From NCBI GenBank assembly GCA_964270895.1, contig OZ185449.1: 64,000 bases of DNA, one strand, 5' to 3'. Position 1 is the stretch's first letter, and each line of letters opens with the position of its first letter. This document shows, in pieces, positions 47,366 to 60,296 of the stretch. The notes beneath the pieces are model-generated. The model saw only the letters and a list, made by a program, of their open reading frames with translations. It ran no database searches and had not been told where the DNA came from. The DNA is from Podarcis filfolensis (taxonomy: Eukaryota). The translations under genes and the position numbers were made by a program.

Positions 47366-48385
47366 TGTACGATTTGTCATTTCAGCCAATCCCGGGCAGC
47401 TGACCTTACTGCACCTGGCAAAGCATTTTGCAAAATGCTGGGCCTGAGTCGTGCCAATCTCCTCCGCCATGGCAGCTCTCCCCACTGCCTCCACTCCTGC
47501 CGTAAAGTCCCTGCCGTGTGATTGACCTTGAATCTCATTCGCTCGCTGCCGGCATTTTTCATCCCCTGGAAGATGGCGTTTGGGGACCTTTCCATCATTA
47601 AGTGGATTTACAGCAATTTCCTTATGTGTTTTCTCCAAGGGATTGTGTTATGAGAGGCACATTAAATCTCCATTAATACCTCATTATCCCACAGATAAGA
47701 TTACCATGATAATGAGGCAGAAATTCTAATTGTCTCACTTCTTATTGTGCCTTTCATTAAATCATATACCTGGAAGCGTGAACAGGAGGAGGGGTGTTCT
47801 TGAGCCAACAAGCCCCTGGGAAGGCCTACAAACACACATATGTACACACCGCTCCAGGTGTTTTGGGTGGATGGGGGTCTGCACAGAGGGGCATTCCCAC
47901 AGAGCACTAGTGGATTCTCTGGGATCCATTCCTTAACGGTTTAAGAACCGTTACCTACGTAAACCACCTCTGTTTACGTATTCGAGGGCCAGGGCCAGCA
48001 AGACCATTGGGCCTAGGGAGGCAACTGCCTCAGGTGGCAGAAGTTGAGGGGGTAGCAGCAGCAGCTCCTTGACTGTTCCCTCTGTAGGAGGGCAGGAGCT
48101 GGAGTGCCCTGTGTCAGCAGCCCTTGTGTGGGCTGGGGGATTCTGCTATTGCTATCCTGATGCCAGCAATGAAGTTTGAGTCAGCTCTCAGTAGAGTCAC
48201 CATCTGAAAATGGGAGAGGGAGAGGGTGGGCACCATATTGTCCTTTGCCTCAGGCCGCACAGTGTCTGGGACCAGCCAACATTCAAGTGTAATAAAAGTC
48301 ATAAGAGCCCTTCCAGACATCCTTTTCATTGTGCATTCATGATGATTTGTGCTCGTAGGACGATCCCACTTTTGAAATTGCTCTT

Positions 48386-48728
48386 GGACTTGCCGGTCTG
48401 AAGGTTGGCAGTTTGAATCCTCGTGATGGAGTGAGCTCCCATTGCTCTGTCCCAGTTCCTGTCAGCCTAGCAGTTTGAAAGCACCCCAGTGCATGTAGAT
48501 AAATAGGTACCGCTCCGGCGGGAAGGTAAACGGCGTTTCCATGTGCTCTGGATTCCGTCACGGTGTTCCGTTGTGTCAGAAGCAGTTTAGTCATGCTGGT
48601 CACATGACCCAGAAAGCTGTCTGTGAACAAACGCCGGCTCCTTTGGCCTGAAAGCGAGATGAGCACCGCAACCCCATAGTCGCCTTTGACTGGACTTAAC
48701 CATCCAGGGGTCCTTTACCTTTTACCTT
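48386..48728 (+). mobile_element. Sauria SINE (5'-truncated, variant subfamily)
   Basis: ggcagtttgaatcc B-box, gtagataaataggtacc core, ends cctttacctttacc. Confidence 0.85.
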
Positions 48729-51414
48729 ACAGTAACATTGGCAGAGCACTGCAGAACTACTGATAAAGTGGAATGATGCATTGATGGTCCAACATGAATC
48801 CACCATAAACGCACTATGTAGCAAAAACATCCCCAGTCTAAAGTGTCCATAAGTCTGTTGTGAAGTTTGGTTTCACGACACTTGAGATTTTGCCATGCTC
48901 CCTCCCCACAAGACCTGCTAGTTTTAGTCAGCCTCTGCCGACAAGCTTCCAGATTTATCTGTGTTGTGCCCACCCCAGCTTTCTCTCATCTGCTTCGCTC
49001 CACCTACCAGGTTTGTATCCACCTAACTTGTACTCAGACCCATTGAAATCAATGGACCTGCATTAGTCATCTCTATTCATTCCAATGGGTCTAGTCTAGT
49101 CTAGTTGGACTAATGTTGGATGCAGCCAATAGTATTTCTTTCAGGCTGGACATTCCACTCGTTCTCATTGATCTAAGAAGAGAGAGCAGTGGGGGTTCGG
49201 GCTTCAAGTTGCTTTGCCATTAGGACCCTGGGCCACAGGGTTGACAACCTGTTTTTTTAAAACAGGTCCTGCTCCTGTGCCTTGAAGTTTGCTGCCAAGG
49301 TCTTAGGCTGATTATGTTACTTTCTAGCTTGGAAATGATGCTGCGTGGCAGGGAATCTTGGCTGCTTACTTTTAAAAGTATTCTGTCTTTCTGATCATGG
49401 CAGAGGTGCTCCCCGCTCCATCCCAAAAAGGTGTTATTGACTAAGCACAGAAACGGAGCACAGAAAAGATGGTAGGCTTGAAGACAGGTAGAGTCCAAGC
49501 TCTTTGGAAATCTGCTGGCTGAGATAAAGCAAATGTGTTGCATGCAGGAGGTTCTGGGTTCAATCCAGGGCATCTCCAGGTAGGGCTAGGAAGGCTCCCT
49601 GCCTGAACCCCTGGAAAGCTGCTACCATGCAGTGCTAAGCTAAAGACACTGATGGTCTGGCCATGTATGAGGCAGTTTTCTACATTCTTACACACCCCAC
49701 ATGCCCCCTCTGGTAAAAAAAGAATCTTAAGAGTCCTTTGAAAAGAGTCATTTTCTGCCCAAAGCACCTCTGCCAGTCAGAGAATGCATTGCTGGGCTAG
49801 ATGGGCCAATGGTCTGAAATCAACACAAAGCAAATTTGTTAAATATTCAACAAGAATCTCTATTCCCTGAAGTTTGCTTTGCTTGCTTTTCCCCCGCCCC
49901 CAAGATGGGGGAGCAGGGGGATAATTCCAGCTTCTCAAAGACAAAGTAAAATATAGGCGGCTTTATATGGCACTACTGTGTCTTCAAAAGCAGCAAACCA
50001 GGCTGGTATTCAACGGGTGCAGCCACTGCTTGCATTGAAGTGACATGATTGCAAGTTACTGCTTGATGTGCTTTTGACATTTGGTTATTTGTAAATTATT
50101 GTACGTATGTGTGTGTGTGAACATATCATATCTTATCATCATATCATAACATACTTTATTATAGATTTTGTTTCCGTTACGTTGCAAGCGACCAGTATGG
50201 CAGCCTAATTTTTTTCCTTTAAAAATACTCCCCCCCCCCCCATCATTTGTTCATTTCATCTAATTCCATTTATGGATCACTTCCTACAAAACATCTCGGA
50301 GCAATCTAACATTAAAAACACCAGCAATTATAGATATAGATTACATATTTAAAAACAAATCAATTTTGTCACTAAAAACCATTTAAAATCCAGTACAGAT
50401 GCAGCCTGGGATTTATTATTAAAAATAAAATAAAATCCTGAACCTTGTTTATTAAATATTGTGACAAAGCTTCACTTGTTGAATTCCTGTCTGTTCCACC
50501 ACCATGAACGGCCCGGGAGAGCTCCCTGGGAAGAAGGGTTGATTGTTAACCACTCTGGGAATTATAGCTTTGTGAGGAGAACAGGGGTCTCCTAACAACT
50601 CGCAGCAACCTTAACAAACCCCATTTCCCCTAATTCTTTGTGGGAAGCCATGACTGTTTAAAGTGGCATCATAGTGCTTTGAATGCATGGTGCGAATGTG
50701 GCCACAACATGCCAAATGGCCTTGGCGGATGATCAGCCTGACCGTTCCCCGTTCCTTGACAAAAGCTGTGCCGCCCCTGCCCTGCAGCCTTTGGCAGGTG
50801 CTGTGATTGACAGCGACAGCTCCAGAGCTGGCGGGAGGCAGCAACGGTGTCGAGGTCGGCCATTATTCACCGCCACCCTGCCGAAAGCTCCCCATTGGCC
50901 TAATAATGAGACCTGCCATTAACGGCTCGTCCCCCCATGGCTGAGGCAGCTACAATGGCGGAGCCCTTGCTGGGCCAATGACTAAACTCAGGGCAGGACA
51001 GCTTGACCCCAGGACAGCTTCCAGAGCCCTGGGGTTCAACAGGCTGCTAGGAATGTGGGCCCAGAGCCAAAACCAGGAGGGTGGAAATGGCTTTGAGGAA
51101 ACAGACACGTTCAAAGTCCTCATCCCAAACCAGCCTATGTGCAAAATGTTTAGCGTGGCCCAACTTGTCAAAAGTCTTGGCATCCCAGGCTGAATGGCTC
51201 TGGTCTTGTTCAGACCAGGGCTTTGTTTCTTTGGAAGGGCAGAAAGTTTTCATTTTGAAATGCTTAAGAACACTGAGGGCTGGAGCTCAGGTCCAAATCC
51301 CATTTTATTTTAATTGCAAAAGCAGAAAAACAAAAACTCCAGTTTATTTTAGATGTTGATATATAAACCTTTGTATGTAATGAATCTCTTGCCCACCTAG
51401 CAGTTAGAAAGCAC

Positions 51415-51518
51415 GTTTGTGGACAAACGTCGGCTCCCTTGGCCTATAGAGTGAGATGAGCGCGCAACCCCAGAGTTGTCCGCAACTGGACTTAACTGTC
51501 AGGGGTCCTTTACCTTTT
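51415..51518 (+). mobile_element. Sauria SINE 3' fragment
   Basis: gagatgagcgcgcaaccccagagt...ggggtcctttaccttttt. Confidence 0.75.
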
Positions 51519-51553
51519 TATGTTTCACTTTGCACATTGTTGCAAAAAGTACA

Positions 51554-51777
51554 ATTTATTTATTTATTGCAGTTATAGCTCACATTTTTTCCTCCAAGGA
51601 GCTCAAGGTGGCAAACATAGAATGGCTGTCGCTCTCCTCAATTAACCTCAACAACAACAACCCTGTGAAGTAGATTAGCTTCAGCGGCAGTGACTGGCCC
51701 AAGTTCACACACAGTGAGCTTCATGGCTGAGTAGGGATTTGAACCCTGGTCTCCTCACCACTATACCACACTGGCTC
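51554..51777 (-). mobile_element. Squam3-like SINE
   Basis: (ATTT)n tail at left; ...gatttgaaccctggtctcc...ctataccacactggctc head at right. Confidence 0.65.
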
Positions 51778-53297
51778 TTTCAGGGAGTTTGGTGTTAAAA
51801 ATGAGGACCACGACTCCCATCATCCCTGGCCATTGGCCATGCTGGCTGAGGTTGATGGGAGCTAGAGTCCAGTGTCAACAGACGGGAGGGCCAGGAAGCT
51901 TGACTTAAAAAGCTCTGAAGGTGCAGCAAAATGAGAAACTGCACATATTTCTGCCCCATTGTTTCATCAACCAGCCTTTTGACTAAAAAACTCCATGAAA
52001 ATAAATGTTACCTTACTTTACCTCAGAGCATTCCAAACTGTTTCTTGCGACACGTTAGTGTGTTGGCTGCAGCGTGTAGGTGTGTCACCCAAACACTTGC
52101 CACCCTCCTCCTGGGACTGGAAAGGGGTTAGTTTAACCTCTGGTTTGCTAGTAAAAATGAATTACTGCGTCGCGAAAGGCTGCCTCTCTAAAAAGTGTGT
52201 CCCCAACATGGAAAGTCTGGAAAGCTCTGCTTTCACCCTTGTATCACTCATCTCATGCCCAGACCCTTTCAACAGGAGCCAAGTGATTAGATATTAAGGT
52301 CAGCCCAGGAAAGGGCTGACCCTGCATTGCAGGGGGTTGGACTAGATGATCCTCAGGGTCCCTTCCACCCCAACAATTCTACAATTCTATTATGCTAAGT
52401 TTTCTACACTGGCTGGCAGCAGCTCTCCAGGGTTTCAGGCAAGGTTCTCTCCCATCCCTATCTGGAGATACCATTGGGGTTTGAACCTGGGACCTTCTGC
52501 ATGCAAAGCAGATGTTCTACCACTGAGCTATGGCGCCTTTCCCTAAAAATAAAATAATATAGTAGTCTGCATAGTTGTGAAATGTAGAGGACACAGAAAG
52601 CTGTCATACACTGACTTGGACCAATGTTAGTCCACCTAGCTCAGTATTGTCTACACTGACTGGCAGCGACTCTCTGGGGTTTTAGATAGAGCTTCTTATG
52701 CCAGTCCTTTCTGGAGATGCAGAGGATTAAACCTGAGACCTTCTGCATGCCAAGCAGGTGCTCTACCATTAAGCTCTTGCCTCTTCCCTGCATTCTAATT
52801 TGGTGGGGATCCAAACATCTTCCTGTCCTCAACTCCAGGTCTTTAAAACTGGGTCGTTCTCTCTCTCTCTTTTTTTTTAAAGGAAGAAGCTGTTTTTCAA
52901 AACAGATTTTCTCCAGTCCCAAAATGAGATCATGATTGTAAATTAAAGTGTAATTAGCCTTTATGCTTTTATATTCATTAACTCTTCTCTGTTAATGATG
53001 CAGAGGCTGGAGTGTGAAAGCTGGGCATTATGAAACCACATCCAGGAAATAAAATAGTGATTTAGATAATGGCCAGAATGTATTGCTACTTGCACATAAT
53101 TAAACAAATGCTCCATTTAAACTTGGAAACATGAATGAATGTTGATTAACCCCAACCCAATGAATCTGCATGCGATTTGGTTAAGTGGCTGCGTGGCTGG
53201 CAGGGAAGAAGCAGAAGGGAGAAGGGAAGGATCTGTCAAGCTACACCTGCGTTGGACAGGTGCAGCCTTGGGTTTGGGTGCAGTTGTGGGGAAGGAG

Positions 53298-54140
53298 CAT
53301 AAGAATGTTAAGAAGAGCCTGAGACCAATGGCCCATCTAGTCCAGCATCATATTCTCACAGTGGTCGATCAGATGCCCCAATGGGCAGCCCACAATTGAC
53401 TGGGCACAAGAGCTCTCACCCCACCTGTAATATCCAGCAACTGGCATTCAGACGCAGTACTGCCTCTGACTATGGAGGCAGAGTATAGTCGCCGTGACTA
53501 GTAGCCATTGGTAGCCTTGTCCTCCATGAATTTGTTTAATCCAGGGGCTGGCCACCTAAGGCCTGTGGGCCGGATGCGGCCCAATCACCACCTCAATCCG
53601 GCCCACGGACAGTCCGGGAATCAGCGTGTTTTTACATGAGTAGAATGTGCGCTTTTATTTAAAATGCATCTCTGGGTTATTTGTGGGGCACAGGAATTCG
53701 TTCATTCCCTCCCCCCACAAAAAAATATAGTCCAGCCCCCCACAAGGTCTGAGGGATGGTGGACTGGCCCACAGCTGAAAAAGGTTGCAGACCCCTGGTT
53801 TAATCCTCTTTAAAGGCCATCCAAATTGATGAACATTGTGGGAGGGAGTTCCATAGCTTAACTAAGTACTTTGTGAAGAATTCCTCCCCCCCAACTCTGA
53901 GTCTTCCAATACCATCATTGGATGTCCCCAAGTTCTAGTGCATCGTCTTAGAAACTTGTGCCCCTCTTACTTGTCTTTTCCACGAGTTAAAAAGTCCCAA
54001 ATGCTGTAACCTTTCCTTGCAGGGGAGCTGCTCCAACCCCTTGAACATTTGGGTTGCCTTATATTGAACATCTTCCAACTTTACAATATCCTCTCCAATG
54101 TGAGGTGAACAGAACTGTGTGCAGCATTCCAGACACTGTA
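53298..54140 (-). mobile_element. CR1 LINE 3' region interrupted by a hAT MITE
   Basis: cataagaatgttaagaagagcc (reverse complement of the CR1 end); homology resumes after 53805. Confidence 0.75.
53542..53797. mobile_element. hAT-type MITE (inverted relative to the 7521 copy)
   Basis: 8-bp TSD GTTTAATC (53534-53541 and 53798-53805). Confidence 0.9.
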
Positions 54141-54208
54141 TCTGAAATCCAGCAGTGGGTCAGGGCGGTGATCTTCAAAGACTACAGGCTGGGCTCAACC
54201 AGCCCAGC

Positions 54209-54395
54209 ATGTGCTCTGACTTCGGTCACAGTGTCCCGTTACGCCAGAAGTGGTATAGTCATGCTGGCCACATGACCCAGAAAAGCTGTCTGCGGACAAA
54301 TGCTGGCTCCCTCGGCCTGAAAACAGAGACAAGCACTGCATCCCATAGTCAGATTCGACTGGACTTAACCGTCCAGGGATCCTTTTACCTTTTTT
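54209..54395 (+). mobile_element. Sauria SINE 3' half
   Basis: gtcatgctggccacatgaccc...gatccttttaccttttt; same variant as the 48386 copy. Confidence 0.8.
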
Positions 54396-54417
54396 TTGCT
54401 AGTGGAAGACATTAGTT

Positions 54418-54830
54418 GGAAGTGTTGGTACTGACCTTTAAAGCCCTAAACAGCCTCGGTCCAGTATATCTGAAGGAGTGTCTCCTCCCCCATCGTTCTG
54501 CCTGGACACTGAGGTCCAGCACCGAGGGCCTTCTGGCGGTTCCCTCACTGCGAGAAGCCAAGTTACAGGGAACCAGGCAGAGGGCCTTCTCGGTAGTGGC
54601 GCCCGCCCTGTGGAACGCCCCCCCATCAGATGTCAAAGCGATAAACAACTACCTGACATTCAGAAGACATCTGAAGGCAGCCCTGTTCAGGGAAGTTTTT
54701 AATATGTGACATTTTAGTGTATTTTTCATCTTTGTTGGAAGCCGCCCAGAGTGGCTGGGGAGACCCAGCCAGATGGACGGGGTACAAATAATAAATTATT
54801 CTTATTCTTACTCTTATTATTATTATTATT
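54418..54830 (+). mobile_element. L2-clade LINE 3' end, relatively well preserved
   Basis: ORF 54416-54709 LTFKALN.LGP.YL...LRSS..LL.VP...RAFSVVAPALWN..P...F...LK..LF is the typical L2 ORF2 C-terminus, followed by a 3' UTR and (TTA)n. Confidence 0.85.
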
Positions 54831-55151
54831 GCAATGGCTCCTGCTAGCTCAGTGAGACTTTTCCCACTCCCCCAGAGATGCTCTACTACTGAGCTATGGT
54901 CCCGTCTGCTATAAATAAGAAAGATTCTAGTCCTCGTTGTTTTGAAAAAAAGAGTGGATTTAAACAGGATTCTGCTTTAAACAGAGTGAGGCTGTTGGTG
55001 CTTCCAGTTCAATATTGTTCAGGCTCTCCAGAGTTTCAGATGGATAGGACATTCCCAGTCCTAACCACAGTGGCCTGGGATTGAATATGGGACCTTCTGC
55101 ATGCAAAGCTACATCTCTCATAACAGTTAGGAATTTTTACATTCATTACAT

Positions 55152-55499
55152 AAAGGTAAAGGTAAAGGGACCCCTGACCATTTGGTCCAGTCGTGGCCGA
55201 CTCTGGGGTTGCAGCGCTCATCTCGCTTTATTGGCCGAGGGAGCCGGCATGCAGCTTCCGGGTCATGTGGCCAGCATGGCGAACCAGAGCAGTGCACGGA
55301 AACGCCATTTACCTTCCCGCCAGAGCGGTACCTATTTATCTACTTGCACTTTTTTGGTGTGCTTTCAAACTGCTAGGTTGGCAGGAGCTGGGACCGAGCA
55401 ACAGGAGCTCATCCCGTCATGGGGATTCGAACCACCGACATTCTGATCAGCAAGCCCATGAGGCTCAGTGGTTTAGACCACAGTGCCACCCGCGTCCCC
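55152..55499 (-). mobile_element. Sauria SINE, full length
   Basis: High similarity to 20254-20602. Confidence 0.9.
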
Positions 55500-56529
55500 G
55501 AAACATACCTCTTGCTTAAAATCCACACATTTATGAATTTTGCAGCGCAGATTTTCATCCAAATCACACTTACAAGAAATGTGTGTGAGGGGAGCGGAGG
55601 CATCATAATGCTTATCTTAGTGAAAATACTATACCTGCTCTGAGATGCTTCAGGGAGTTTTGAAGAAAGTAGACTTGATATGAGGCCTAGTTTACCCCTG
55701 GAGCAGGAAACAGGCTGTTATATGAAAATTTGGGGTTGGCCTTTACAGCCCAACTCCTCGAAGGGACAATGTATCCCCTAAGTCCATTATTGTTCAGAGA
55801 AGAATTGGGTGGAAGCAGGAACCTGTAGAAGAAAAGCAAGGAAGATCTTTATTTTCTGTTGTAACAGCGTCCCCCCACCCACTACTTGCAAGGAAGTGAG
55901 GACGAAGTTGTGTGATAGCTTTTAAAGGCTTTAAAAATTGCCCAACCCCATAGCCAAAGACCACCAAAAAATTTGAGAGTGTGGCTTGTCTCTTGTTTGC
56001 CTATACATGATAATGCTTGCTAATTGCCTTATCCTGGCCAAGTCTTTCAAAATGGGAAATACTCTGGTTCTTGAAGCCATTGTCCCAGACCTGTGAGCAC
56101 AGAACCTTGAAGGATTTTGCAAGTGAAAAGAAGAACTATTGGGAAAGGTTTTTCCAATATACTTTCTTCTACTGCAGAGGAAATATTTGGGGTCATTAAG
56201 AGAGTCAAGATGGCTTCGGAATTGCCCTCTGTACTAAAACAAAATGTATTTTTTTCAGGGAATATTTCCTAATTTTGAAGAGTGGAATATTGGTTTTCTG
56301 TGGAACGTGGCCTGCTATGTGTACGCACGTTAAAATTATTATAACAATCCCTTCCTCTGGGGCTATAATTTTAACTAAAATTGTTGTCCCACTATACAAC
56401 CTGGTATCCACTCTTCCCAGATGTTGCAGCTGGATGGTTTTATGTAAACCTGAAGAGGGACTTGCATGACAGGTCTCTCAAGACTATTTACAAGTGAAGC
56501 AGTACACATAGGCAGACATGGGAGTCTGT

Positions 56530-56783
56530 AGAAGAAGAAGAAGAAGAGTTTGGATTTGATATCCCGCTTTATCACTACCCGAAGGAGTCTCAAAGCGGCT
56601 AACAATCTCCTTTCCCTTCCTCCCCCACAACAAACACTCTGTGAGGTGAGTGGGGCTGAGAGACTTCAGAGAAGTGTGACTGGCCCAAGGTCACCTAGCA
56701 GCTGCATGTGGAGGAGCGGGGAAGCGAACCTGGTTCCCCAGATTATGAGACTACCGCTCTTAACCACTACACCACACTGGCTC
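56530..56783 (-). mobile_element. Squam3-like SINE, well-preserved copy with (TTC)n tail
   Basis: (AGA)n at left; tRNA-like head (reverse complement gagccagtgtggtgtagtggttaagagcggtag) at right. Confidence 0.75.
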
Positions 56784-57836
56784 TGTAACATACAAATATA
56801 ATGCATACAGTAATGGAGACAAGAATGAATAAAATTCCTTTGAAAATTCCTTTGAACTATTCCATCAGGCTAAAGCAGAGTGAGAAACAAAACCACGGGG
56901 TCTCCACAGCCAACAGATCAGCCTCTTTTGTCTCCTCTTCCCGAACCCATTCCATACCATCTGACTGTTACAAAAACTCAAAGTTTTTAGTGACTGAGCT
57001 CCTTCCCCCACTCCTTCCTCACCCCCTTTTCCTTTTGTGTCATGTAATTTTTATTGCAAGCCTGAGGACAGGGTGATCCTATCACTGATATTTGCAAGCC
57101 ACTCTTGGAAACTTTTTCGGCTTTAGCTTTATGCAATGCAATGCAATACTTTGCAGAAGCCCCCTTTGGTTTGGGGTGCAGGGCTTACCGTCTGGTGGTC
57201 TCCATGTTTTCCCCAATGTAAGTTGACTCAAAATAACATTAAAAGAGCCCTGAAGCTAGGTCAGGCCCCAAAGTCTAGGTCTAGCCCAGAAGCCTGCTTT
57301 CAGAGTGGTCCACTAGATGCCTCTGGGGAGCTCAAAAGCAGGAGCTGAGCGTAAGGGAACTCTCTCTGCTTGTGGTTCCCAGCAACTGGTATTTAGAACC
57401 CATGAATTTGTCTGTTCTGCTATTAAAGCAATCCAAGGCTGAGTCCCCTGCATATTTTAAAGCACATTACTCCATGCAAAGAATCCTGTGTACTTTGTTG
57501 TGGGTGCTAGGAATTCAGCTCTGTGCTGGGTAAGCTACAGGTTCCAGGATTCTTTGCATGAAGTAACGTGCTTTAAATGTTTTCTGGCCATCACTGCCTC
57601 TTTTGTGAGTGGATTCCATGGTTTAACTATGTTCTTGTGTGAGGAGGGTACCTTCTTGTGCCCACTAGCACTCTGTGGCCTCTAGATGGCACGAGCGAGC
57701 TATTTTTAATCCTACTTTGAAGACGATGATTTCGAAAGGGGAGTCTTCTGCAGGGCACCAACCATAGGAAAAGAAAGCAATTTAGGGTTGCTATATTTCA
57801 AAAAGTGAAAACCCAGAAGTGAAAAAGTTGCTGAGC

Positions 57837-57840
<4 letters not shown>

Positions 57841-57884
<44 letters not shown>
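57841..57884. repeat. (TA)n microsatellite
   Basis: Direct inspection. Confidence 0.95.
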
Positions 57885-57888
<4 letters not shown>

Positions 57889-58570
57889 CCAAAATCTAGA
57901 CTTCTGACATGGGATACCAGACGTACATTTGCTGACTTGGGAGAAGTGTATGCTTGTTCTAGAGCTGTGCTAGCCAGCAAGAGGTGAGACACACATGAGC
58001 AGCAAAAAGCGTGAGATTCCAAAAATGTCAGGCTCACTGAAACTTACTGGGACAATGTACGTGAATCACGAGACTTAGTTCTAATCTAGGTTGGGCTTGC
58101 ACACTGCAGTAAGAGTTATTGGTCTACCACAAATGGGCAGTTTGTTCCTGGTAGGCTCCTTCCTGCAAACTGAGTGAAAGCAATCATCAGGATCCTTGTA
58201 GTGTCAGAAGTGGCTGCACCTGCTTTGCAAGCCAAAGCTCCCAGGTTTAGTCTCTGGCATCTCCAGCTAGGGCTGGGGAAGACCTGCTTTCTGAAACCCT
58301 GGACCGCTGCTGCCAGTCAGTGTGGACAATACTGAGCTTGGTGAAGCATTGTCCTGACATGAGTCAGGCAACTTTCTATACTCCTATTTAAAACTAGCTC
58401 TGTATTCAGGACCATATGGACTAGAACCTTACTCGCACAGCCTTGAGGGCTGAACATCTGAACTAAGGAACAAAACAAAGCACTAGCCTGAGATTCTCAA
58501 GAACACTGCATTCTGTAGCATTGAGCACTTGTGTCAAGCAAATGCCGCTGCACTCAAAGATGCTGAAGGC

Positions 58571-58716
58571 CAGTGGCGTAGCGTGGGGGGTGCAGGGGGG
58601 CCGGCCGCACCGGGCGCAACATCTAGGGGTTAGGGTTAGGGGACGCAAATCCACGGGTTAGGGGGCGCATATTACTTGCCTTGCCCCGGGTGCTGACAAC
58701 CCACGCTACGCCACTG
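58571..58716. mobile_element. 146-bp hAT MITE containing TTAGGG units
   Basis: TIR CAGTGGCGTAGCGTGGG / CCCACGCTACGCCACTG; 8-bp TSD CTGAAGGC (58563-58570 and 58717-58724). Confidence 0.9.
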
Positions 58717-59027
58717 CTGAAGGCTATTGTTATTGTGTGTGCTATTGCTATCACAATGTGGCTATGTATTTGTGGCTTTATTGCTTTCCCCCTTTATTTG
58801 TGCACCTTTCTGAGAGCCCTTTTAGTTGCAAAGTGGAGTAAGAATATTTTAAGTCACTTTAAGTCATGAAAGTAAGTATTTATGCCTGCTTTGGAGGAGG
58901 TTGGACTAGACAGCCCTCTGGGACACTTCCATCTCTACAATTCCATAATTCTGTAAGTTAAGGATGATGCCAGTGAGTTAAGGCACAAACATGCAAGGCT
59001 GTTTGCACTCTCTAGAGACTGCATATA

Positions 59028-59266
59028 CAGTGGTACCTCTGGTTGTGAACGGGATCCATTCCGGAGACCCGTTCGCAACATGAAAAGCCCGCAAGCTGAA
59101 GTGCCCTATCTGCGCAGGTGCGCGGCGCGATTTGGCGCTTGTAGGCACACCACAATTTAGCGCTTCTGCACATGTGCAAGTGGCGAAAGCCGGAAGTAAC
59201 CCTTTCCAGCACTTCCGGGTTGCTGCGGGACGCAACCTGAAGCAAACGCAACACGAAGTATGACTG
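59028..59266. mobile_element. Tigger-like MITE, third subfamily (CpG-rich)
   Basis: TA-flanked; CAGTGGTACCTCTGGTTG ... CAACACGAAGTATGACTG. Confidence 0.8.
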
Positions 59267-60296
59267 TACACCATACAAATAAAGCACACACACACACCTC
59301 TAAAGTTTGTTAATGGGTGCTGGGAACTGTAGTTCTACGAGGAGTGAACTGCAGTTCACAGGATTCTTTTGGGGTGCAGGGAAATGTGCTTTAAATGTAT
59401 TGTGTGTACAATGCCTCCCACCCTCTCTGTCTCTGGCAGGAGTGTGCGCGGCCTTCCACTTCCCACAGCCGATGGCTCGAAGTGGCCGGCCAGCCATCTG
59501 CCTAGGTTGAATTTCAAAAGCTCAGCATTTGCGCCGGCCTCCGGAGACTCCACCGAATACATTTCGCAAGCGTGTGTCTCCTCTTGACTAATGTGCTCAG
59601 TCCAGCGATGGAAGGCTGGCCTGCTCCCCAGGGGGATCGTTCCCCAAACTTCCTGAACGCTGAGACACACTTTTCTCTCTCTCATAAAACTGAAACAATG
59701 CAAAAGTTGGGGGAAAAATGGCATCTACAGTAGGAACATAGGCAGCTGCCTTATATGGAGTCAGACTATTGGTCCATTTAGCTCAGTATTGTTGACATTG
59801 ACTGGCAGCAGCTTTCCAGGGCCTCAGGCAGGAGTCACTCAGTCACAACCCTATCAGAAGATGCCATTTGGTATTGAACTTAGGGCCTCTGCATACAAAG
59901 CAGAGGTAGTCATGTCTATTATTTCTGGTGGGCCTACTCTGAGTAGGACCAGCACTGGCTAAAACTCATAAATACCACCATCCAGTGCTTTTTTCCTTTT
60001 AAAAATGTTTACGGGTACTCTGTTTTGACTCAAGAAAATCACCATTTTGTAGTTCAAATAGGGAAAAATAAATACAGAAAATGGACAAAAGTACAAAGAT
60101 TCACAAAATGTTTAGGGGTATGCGTCCCCCTGCGTCCCCCCAGAATGAGGATGAGGATGAGGCATGGCATCCAGTGGTAGAGCTATTCTGAGCAGACCCA
60201 TTGGAAACACTGAACATGGCTAACTTAGATACATTCATTTCAAGCGGTCTACTCTGAGTAGAACTTGGCTGGAGAGAACCCATGATCATATATATA

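Noticed and set aside
54416-54709. Novel 97-aa gene
   Set aside because: It is the C-terminal end of an L2 ORF2 in a 5'-truncated copy.
58621-58665. Interstitial telomere or chromosome-fusion scar
   Set aside because: Only three TTAGGG units, enclosed in TIRs and an 8-bp TSD; a transposon origin explains it better.
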